A stretch of 64,000 nucleotides of DNA, taken from assembly GCA_947452765.1 (NCBI GenBank), contig CANGDR010000003.1, positions 19,561-83,560 of the forward strand, in the 5' to 3' direction. Positions within the stretch are counted from its first letter, which is position 1, and every line of letters begins with the position of its first letter. Shown piece by piece: positions 58,020-64,000 of the stretch. The DNA comes from Actinomycetota bacterium (GTDB lineage Bacteria; Actinomycetota; Actinomycetes; S36-B12; UBA5976). The notes under the pieces are model-generated. The model was given only the letters and a program-made list of their open reading frames with translations. It did not search any database and was not told the origin of the DNA. The translations under genes and the position numbers were made by a program.

Positions 58020-58916
58020 CTATTCCCAACCCTGGGCGCGTTCTATTAGGCCGGATATCAGGTCGGGCGGCCTTAGCGCACGAATCCTGCCCCCCGAGGC
58101 GAGGATCATCGAAATCAGCCACTCGCGTGAGTAAACCTTCATTTCGACTTCAACAGCGTGCCACATGTATTCCTTAAAGCTCAATATCTCTACCTGGTCC
58201 AATTGGCCGTAATAGGCCTTATCAAGTTCTATGGCAGCCAGATAATCCTGGGTTGCCTCTAATTCTGGCGACACCTCAGGCAAATTGCTAGGTAACTCAG
58301 TTTCAGTGCATCCCATTATTCGATCGATCCGAAAATTGCGCCATGCTTGCGACTCGCGACACCAGGCTTTTAGGTAAGCGAAATCATCGCGCACATAAAC
58401 CTCACTCGGGTCGATGATTCGGTGTGAAATGTCGTCCTTCGAGATTGCTGCGTAATCAATTCCAATCGCACGGTTTTGTTTGATTGCTTGGTTTATCGAT
58501 TCGGTAATTTCTGGTGAGAGGTTCTGCGCTACCACACTGATGGAATTCTCGACGGTGGGAATCAGGCTTTGGATCTTGCTAATCAACCCCGAGACAACTG
58601 AAGCATCTGCAACATGTGGAAATTGTTCTAAATAGTGCAGTCCACCAAGCAGACTCATCGCTTCAAAACTTGAAAACTTAATCGGACGATCGAGCGACTT
58701 CGCATCGGATACGTAGATCGAATCCGAATCTTCAAAATCAATATCTACCAACCCCCCGCCACCCTGGTCTGGACCTGTGACTACAAGCTGACCGATAAGT
58801 GCTAGAGCGTACTTGTCGGTAATGTCGAAGTGCTCGGAGATTTCTGACAGGGAGGCACCATTATTTGCTACTAGCCAGGGCAGCATTTCAATTAAAACCT
58901 CTAGATCATTTGCCAT
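58020..58916 (-). CDS. pafC: WYL-domain transcriptional regulator PafC
   Basis: 298 aa with HTH and WYL-like architecture. 11-nt overlap with pafB. Conserved pafB-pafC-tatA-tatC order. Confidence 0.75.
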   Translation of the reverse strand: MANDLEVLIEMLPWLVANNGASLSEISEHFDITDKYALALIGQLVVTGPDQGGGGLVDIDFEDSDSIYVSDAKSLDRPIKFSSFEAMSLLGGLHYLEQFPHVADASVVSGLISKIQSLIPTVENSISVVAQNLSPEITESINQAIKQNRAIGIDYAAISKDDISHRIIDPSEVYVRDDFAYLKAWCRESQAWRNFRIDRIMGCTETELPSNLPEVSPELEATQDYLAAIELDKAYYGQLDQVEILSFKEYMWHAVEVEMKVYSREWLISMILASGGRIRALRPPDLISGLIERAQGWE

Positions 58917-59862
58917 TATTGTGCACCGACAATGTGGTTGAAACTATTCGCGAGACTGATGCATGTAGTGATGCTGGCTCAATCACGCGTGTTACGTCGC
59001 AAGAACTTGCGATCAAGCCAACCAATTGCGAATCGTGGAAGTATGGGATAGAAAGCCGGTCCCATTCCTCGCCATACTCAACCGCGGAAGCAAGTAGGCG
59101 CAGCGATGCTCCCTTACCGGGTCGAATCAGCAACTGGGCCTCTTTCGACCCACTATCTAGCGACTCCCATTCAGACACAAGTTCCGAAATTGAAAAATCA
59201 TCAGGGAGATGCTCAACTCTTTGATGACTTGTCTCAACTACATCACCAACGATGCGATCGGTTCTAAATGTACGAACCTCACCTCGATCTTGATCAAATC
59301 CAACTAAATACCAGTGCCCACTATGCAAGAGTGCTCGCCACGGGTCAACGGTGCGCTTAGTTGGCTTGTCATCAGATTGACCTACGTATTCAAAAACAAG
59401 TGTCTTATCATTCGTAATTGCACCAAGAATCTCAGCTATGTGTCTACGTCCTTTGGCCAAGGAAATGGGAATATTTGCAACATCATCGAATTCCTGCGCA
59501 TCGATTCGACGGACTGCTTGTTGAGCCGCGGTACGCAACTGGGCAGTTTCCCATGCGCTCGCTGCCAGACTTAAGTAGGTGCGTTCTTGAGCAGTTAAGG
59601 AGATCTCAGGCATCAACCATTGGGAGCGATCAATTCGATACCCAACCACATCATCGTGAAATAGATCTATTGGTTGAGTCTCCAGCGGAATACCCAACTC
59701 ACGCAGAGTTGCTTTGTCACGTTCGAACATCTTTTCAAGCGCATCATCTGAGCCTCCATATCCGGGAACACGATCAGTGATCTGCGCACGAGTTATTGGT
59801 ACTGGAGCATTGAGCAGGACAAAGAGCAGGTTGAGCATGCGCTCAGTCCGTGCTCTCGCCAT
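58906..59862 (-). CDS. pafB: WYL-domain transcriptional regulator PafB
   Basis: 318 aa. N-terminal HTH (RMLNLLFVLLNAPVPITRAQI) and WYL core (HWYLVGFD). Confidence 0.75.
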   Translation of the reverse strand: MARARTERMLNLLFVLLNAPVPITRAQITDRVPGYGGSDDALEKMFERDKATLRELGIPLETQPIDLFHDDVVGYRIDRSQWLMPEISLTAQERTYLSLAASAWETAQLRTAAQQAVRRIDAQEFDDVANIPISLAKGRRHIAEILGAITNDKTLVFEYVGQSDDKPTKRTVDPWRALLHSGHWYLVGFDQDRGEVRTFRTDRIVGDVVETSHQRVEHLPDDFSISELVSEWESLDSGSKEAQLLIRPGKGASLRLLASAVEYGEEWDRLSIPYFHDSQLVGLIASSCDVTRVIEPASLHASVSRIVSTTLSVHNNGK

Positions 59863-59865
59863 GGC

Positions 59866-60225
59866 TTAGGAAACTGCTAGCAGGTCTATAACGAAAATTA
59901 GCGTGCGACCTGACAGCCGGTGTCCGCCACCTGCTGCGCCGTAGGCCATCTCTGGCGGGATTGTGAGTTTGCGGCGTCCACCAATTTTCATCCCAGGGAT
60001 ACCCTCTTGCCAACCGACGATCAAACCTTTTAGGGGGAATTCAATTGATTCGCCGCGGTCCCAGGAAGCGTCAAATTGATCTCCCGTCTCGAAATCTACT
60101 CCGACATAATGCACTGTTACCGTTTGACCGGGATTGGCCTGCGCGCCATCTCCAATTGAAATGTCTTCGATAACTAGTTCCGTTGGCGCTGGGCCATCTG
60201 GAAATTCAATCTCAGGTTTTTGCAT
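59866..60225 (-). CDS. cytosolic FKBP-type peptidyl-prolyl isomerase
   Basis: 119 aa. VHYVG..G..FD.SWDRG..F.LG.LI.GW.EG..GMK.GG.R.L.IPP..AYG. Confidence 0.9.
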   Translation of the reverse strand: MQKPEIEFPDGPAPTELVIEDISIGDGAQANPGQTVTVHYVGVDFETGDQFDASWDRGESIEFPLKGLIVGWQEGIPGMKIGGRRKLTIPPEMAYGAAGGGHRLSGRTLIFVIDLLAVS

Positions 60226-60267
60226 GGGTACTCTCTTTACGTTGCTACTGCATCCAAATCAGAAATA

Positions 60268-60795
60268 CTATTTAAAACTTACTAGATCAACCACGAACAC
60301 AAGGGTCTCGCCATTTGCTATTCCACTGCCAGGTGGTGGTGCGTTTCCGTAACCCAACTCAGCCGGAATTATCAGTAACCGTCGACCACCCACTTGCATA
60401 CCAACAAGCCCTTTTTGCCACCCAAGAATCACATTGCCAAGCGGGAAAGTTGGTGGTGTCCCGCTGTGCCAAGAGGAGTCGAACATCTGTCCACTGGCAG
60501 CGCCGTATCCAACATAATTGGCAGTGACTGTCGCGCCAGCTTTCACCGCTGGCCCGGTACCTACAACTATGTCTTGGGTTGTCAATTTACTCGCTGGATC
60601 CCCCGGCGTAATGGTTACCACTGGCTCACTCTTGATATCACCCGTAACGGCGACTGAGACTTCAGTGCCTGTCAGGGCTGGGGCCGCAGATGACTTACTT
60701 GGCTCCGGAGTGGGACCCGCTTTACTAGTGCCAGATGAACAGCCTGTTAGCGCGATTCCAATAGCGAATGACAGGGCAACGATTCTTAATCTCAT
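60268..60795 (-). CDS. lipoprotein FKBP-type peptidyl-prolyl isomerase
   Basis: 175 aa. Signal peptide with lipobox LTGC (MRLRIVALSFAIGIALTGCSS), followed by an FKBP domain (ANYVGY...FDSSW...GW.KGLVGM.VGGRRLL.IP). Confidence 0.85.
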   Translation of the reverse strand: MRLRIVALSFAIGIALTGCSSGTSKAGPTPEPSKSSAAPALTGTEVSVAVTGDIKSEPVVTITPGDPASKLTTQDIVVGTGPAVKAGATVTANYVGYGAASGQMFDSSWHSGTPPTFPLGNVILGWQKGLVGMQVGGRRLLIIPAELGYGNAPPPGSGIANGETLVFVVDLVSFK

Positions 60796-60822
60796 AGTTC
60801 TATCTTAGGCGCATGAGGTTAT

Positions 60823-62211
60823 CTAGGCCTCTTGCATCGACAAGATGAGTCGCTCTACGCGTTCGTCCACATTAAGGAAGGGATCCTTGCACAACACAGT
60901 GCGTTGGGATTGATCGTTCATCTTGAGGTGGACCCAATCCACGCTTATGTCCTTACCCGCTGCTTGCGCAGCCGCTATGAAGTCGCCGCGCAACTTGGCC
61001 CGGGTTGTTTGTGGGGGCACAGTTTCCGCCGCGGCTATATCAGCGTCAATCGAAATGCGGTTTACGCGTCCTTTTTTCTGAAGCAGATAAAACAGACCAC
61101 GGTCGCGACTAATGTCGTGATACATCAGATCAACTTGCGCCATTCTTGGAGAATCAAGATCCAGGCCATGTTTGGTTTGGTAACTATCTAGCAGCTGTTT
61201 CTTGATTGCCCAATCGATATCCCGAGAAATTTTGGAATGGTCACCGGACTCGATGGCCAGAAGTGTTCGCTCCCAGAGTTCAAGCGCAACGACATGTTCG
61301 GGAGTCATCGTCATCTCACCAATTGCTACATAATCCTGGACCATACGTAGGTAAACGAATTGCATTTCAAGAGCTGACATAGTTTGCCCAGAACTCAGGG
61401 TGACCAAAGCACGTCCAGTTATGTCATGAGACACATCGCGAATCGCGCGAATTGGATTATCCAACGTTAAATCGCGTTTGAGATTATTTGTCTCCAGTAA
61501 CCGCAAAACAAAATCCATTGAAATAACTTTGACGAGCGTGGTCATTTCAGACATGTTCGAGTCCCCGACAATCACATGAAGTCTGCGAAACGCTTCGGAG
61601 TCCGCATGTGGCTCGTCTCGGGTATTGATAATTGGGCGAGATCGCGTTGTTGCACTCGACACCCCTTCCCACATGTGATCGGCCCGTTGGGAAAGTGAAT
61701 AGATAGTTCCCCTAGGAGTCGTAAGAACTTTGCCGGCGCCACAAATGAGTTGGCGAGTAATTAAGAATGGCAACAACGCTTCGATTTGCTCGAGATAATC
61801 TTGCCTGCGACGAATCAGGAAATTTTCGTGACAGCCATAAGAGTTCCCACCAGAGTCAGTGTTGTTCTTGAAGAGGTAGATCTCGCCTTCGATTCCCTCT
61901 TCGGCTAAACGATTTTGCGCATCCTCGATCAATTCCTCAAGGATCCGTTCGCCAGCTTTGTCTTGCGCGATCAAATCATAAAAACTGTCACACTCTGCTG
62001 TTGCATATTCAGGGTGACTGCCAACATCCAAATAGAGACGAGCGCCGTTTGGCAAAAAAACGTTGGAGCTTCTACCCCACGAAACAACTCGTTTAAATAA
62101 ATAGCGAGCAACCTCGTCAGGAGTTAAGCGGCGTTGACCTTGGAAAGTGCAAGTCACTCCGAATTCAGTTTCGATACCGAAAATTCTCTTATCGAGTCGA
62201 CCAGCGGTCAC
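60823..62211 (-). CDS. pafA: Pup--protein ligase PafA
   Basis: 462 aa. [66 protein letters not shown] is near-identical to mycobacterial PafA as I recall it. The GTG start is 1 nt after the pup stop. Confidence 0.95.
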   Translation of the reverse strand: MTAGRLDKRIFGIETEFGVTCTFQGQRRLTPDEVARYLFKRVVSWGRSSNVFLPNGARLYLDVGSHPEYATAECDSFYDLIAQDKAGERILEELIEDAQNRLAEEGIEGEIYLFKNNTDSGGNSYGCHENFLIRRRQDYLEQIEALLPFLITRQLICGAGKVLTTPRGTIYSLSQRADHMWEGVSSATTRSRPIINTRDEPHADSEAFRRLHVIVGDSNMSEMTTLVKVISMDFVLRLLETNNLKRDLTLDNPIRAIRDVSHDITGRALVTLSSGQTMSALEMQFVYLRMVQDYVAIGEMTMTPEHVVALELWERTLLAIESGDHSKISRDIDWAIKKQLLDSYQTKHGLDLDSPRMAQVDLMYHDISRDRGLFYLLQKKGRVNRISIDADIAAAETVPPQTTRAKLRGDFIAAAQAAGKDISVDWVHLKMNDQSQRTVLCKDPFLNVDERVERLILSMQEA

Positions 62212-62212
62212 G

Positions 62213-62392
62213 CTATTGACCGCCCTTTTGCACGAAGCCTTTCACGAACTCTTCCGCATTCTCTTCTAAAACTAGATCGATCTCGTCAAGCAAATCGGAT
62301 ACATCCAAATGGGATGAGGCAGCTTGCGGCAGGCTTACATCCTCAGACTGGTCACGTTCGGATCCACCGCGAGCAAATTCACGTTCAGTCAT
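62213..62392 (-). CDS. pup: prokaryotic ubiquitin-like protein Pup
   Basis: 59-aa ORF below the ORF-track cutoff. My translation is [59 protein letters not shown]. It has an AGGAG RBS 6 nt upstream and the canonical C-terminal FVQKGGQ. Confidence 0.9.
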   Translation of the reverse strand: MTEREFARGGSERDQSEDVSLPQAASSHLDVSDLLDEIDLVLEENAEEFVKGFVQKGGQ

Positions 62393-62424
62393 CGAAGTCT
62401 CCTAGCTGGGTTGTTCAGGCAAGC

Positions 62425-63945
62425 CTACGCCACACCATGGGCAGGTGCTATGGCCGCGAGAAGCTGGCTGGCGTCCCTTGATTGTGCGATCAGGGACTCC
62501 GTCATAGCTTTGGTGCCGCCAACCGCATCAGGCAACGTGACGCGCTTCAAAGTGGTGTGTTCCCCAATGTCGAATATCAATGAATCCCAGGACGCGGCTG
62601 CAACTTCAGTCTCGAATTTTTCCATGCATTTACCTCTGAAGTAAGCCCGCGTATCGACTGGCGGTTCGTTGATTGCACGCTCGATTTCTTCTTCACTGAA
62701 CAGCAATTCCAATTTGCCCTTTTGCTGTAGCACTCGTCCCAAACCCTTTTCTGGACGCAGATCTGCGTATTGGATGTCGATAGCTGCCAGTCTGGGATCG
62801 CTCCAAAGCATTTGGTCTCGGTTTCGATAGCCATTCATAACCGAAAGCTTTGTGATCCAATCAACTTCATTAGCCAGGGACATTTTGTCTGTCTCAAGCG
62901 CGTGCAAGACGCGTCCCCAGTTAGCAACCACATCACTAGTCATCGGATCTTGATTTCCAATGTGTACCAGATAGTCAGCAGCACTTCGTTGATAATGCTT
63001 TTGGATCTCTAGTGCAGACATTTCATTGCCGTCGCGCAGCCTCTGCTTTGTAACTAAATCAATGTCATGGCTCACCAGATGCATTGAGGTGACGGCATCG
63101 TAAAGTTCAAAGTCAATTTTTAGGAAACCTGCCTCGATCATGCTCAGAACAATCGCTGTTGTTCCCATTTTCAGGTAGGTAGCTCGTTGCGACATGTTGG
63201 CATCACCAATGATGACGTGTAGTCGACGAAATAGGTCAGGATCCGCGTGCGGTTCATCGCGGGTGTTTATGATCGGGCGACGTAACGTAGTTTCGAGTCC
63301 AACCTCAGCCTCAAAGAAGTCAGCACGCTGCGAAATCTGAAAACCTGGCTCTATGCCTTCTTGGCCCAACCCAACGCGCCCGGCTCCCGAAAATAAACAT
63401 CTCGTAACAAAGAACGGTGTTAAGAACTTAACAAGATCACTAAACGGGACTGCACGATCAACTTGATAATTCTCGTGAGTACCGTAACTCACACCCTTGC
63501 CGTCAGTGTTGTTCTTATAAACCGTAATTAACTCGCCAGTAAGTGTGCTGGCGTAACGCGCGCTGCGTTCGATGATTCGATCCCCAGCGCTATCCCAAAG
63601 CGCGGCATCCCACGGATTTGTAACCTCAGGCGATGAATATTCAGGGTGGGCATGATCTACATAGAACCGAGCACCGTTGAACAGAACTAGATTTGCAAGG
63701 CCGTAGTCATCGTCGGTCAACTGTGATGGATCTGCTTCAGCCCGGCTCATGTCGTACCCACGCGCATCACGAAGTGGCGACTCTACGTCGTAATCCCATC
63801 GCATGCGCTTGATGCGATTGGGCATCAATTTGTTTGCATAGGCGTTAACAACTTGGCTCGAAAGCAACATCGGATTTGCTTGTGAATCTCTAGGATTTGA
63901 AATGCCGAATTCAGTTTCGATACCCATCACGCGTCTAACTGACAT
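62425..63945 (-). CDS. dop: Pup deamidase/depupylase Dop
   Basis: 506 aa. VMGIETEFGIS..., RWDYDVESPLRDARGYD, and the Dop-specific insertion relative to PafA. Located directly upstream of pup. Confidence 0.95.
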   Translation of the reverse strand: MSVRRVMGIETEFGISNPRDSQANPMLLSSQVVNAYANKLMPNRIKRMRWDYDVESPLRDARGYDMSRAEADPSQLTDDDYGLANLVLFNGARFYVDHAHPEYSSPEVTNPWDAALWDSAGDRIIERSARYASTLTGELITVYKNNTDGKGVSYGTHENYQVDRAVPFSDLVKFLTPFFVTRCLFSGAGRVGLGQEGIEPGFQISQRADFFEAEVGLETTLRRPIINTRDEPHADPDLFRRLHVIIGDANMSQRATYLKMGTTAIVLSMIEAGFLKIDFELYDAVTSMHLVSHDIDLVTKQRLRDGNEMSALEIQKHYQRSAADYLVHIGNQDPMTSDVVANWGRVLHALETDKMSLANEVDWITKLSVMNGYRNRDQMLWSDPRLAAIDIQYADLRPEKGLGRVLQQKGKLELLFSEEEIERAINEPPVDTRAYFRGKCMEKFETEVAAASWDSLIFDIGEHTTLKRVTLPDAVGGTKAMTESLIAQSRDASQLLAAIAPAHGVA

Positions 63946-64000
63946 TTTGATACCTAAGCAAATGGGTTGGACGCAACAGAGGTATCGATTGCGCGCCCAG

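Noticed and set aside
63946-64000. A possible 3' end of another minus-strand gene (frame ending ...GRAIDTSVASNPFA, stop at 63954-63956).
   Set aside because: Only 15 codons are visible, too little to call or identify. It could be the end of the gene preceding dop.

Overview
This window is densely packed core chromosome of an actinobacterium. Gene content and order mirror conserved Mycobacterium/Streptomyces blocks: thrS-pgsA1-patA-pimA, pdxST-yebC-ruvCAB-secDF-apt-rel, hisS/aspS/rarA/alaS, the aroE..aroQ-efp-nusB shikimate block, pgsA2-DUF881-sbp-DUF881-gcvH-FHA-MerR-nuclease-MerR-gcvP, rbpA-ppm1-lnt, and helY-tatCA-pafCB-pafA-pup-dop. Intergenic spacers are very short and many genes overlap by 1-11 nt, which suggests a streamlined, moderate-GC genome. 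I found no mobile elements, CRISPR arrays, defence islands or obvious pseudogenes, and no convincing novel multi-gene system. Several features are absent from the ORF track. (1) A 28-bp dif-like XerC/D site at 48695-48722 sits next to a plus-to-minus gene-orientation switch, so the window probably spans the replication terminus. (2) A 59-aa pup gene lies directly between dop and pafA, with no prcB/prcA proteasome genes. (3) A 74-nt tRNA has anticodon CAA (Leu by anticodon) but a short class-I variable loop. (4) An EF-G-like protein has degenerate GTPase motifs. (5) A LexA SOS box overlaps the ruvC start. (6) A single-aptamer glycine riboswitch precedes gcvP. (7) A partial RibD_C reductase gene runs off the left edge. 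All functional calls rest on motif and synteny recognition by eye, with no database search.
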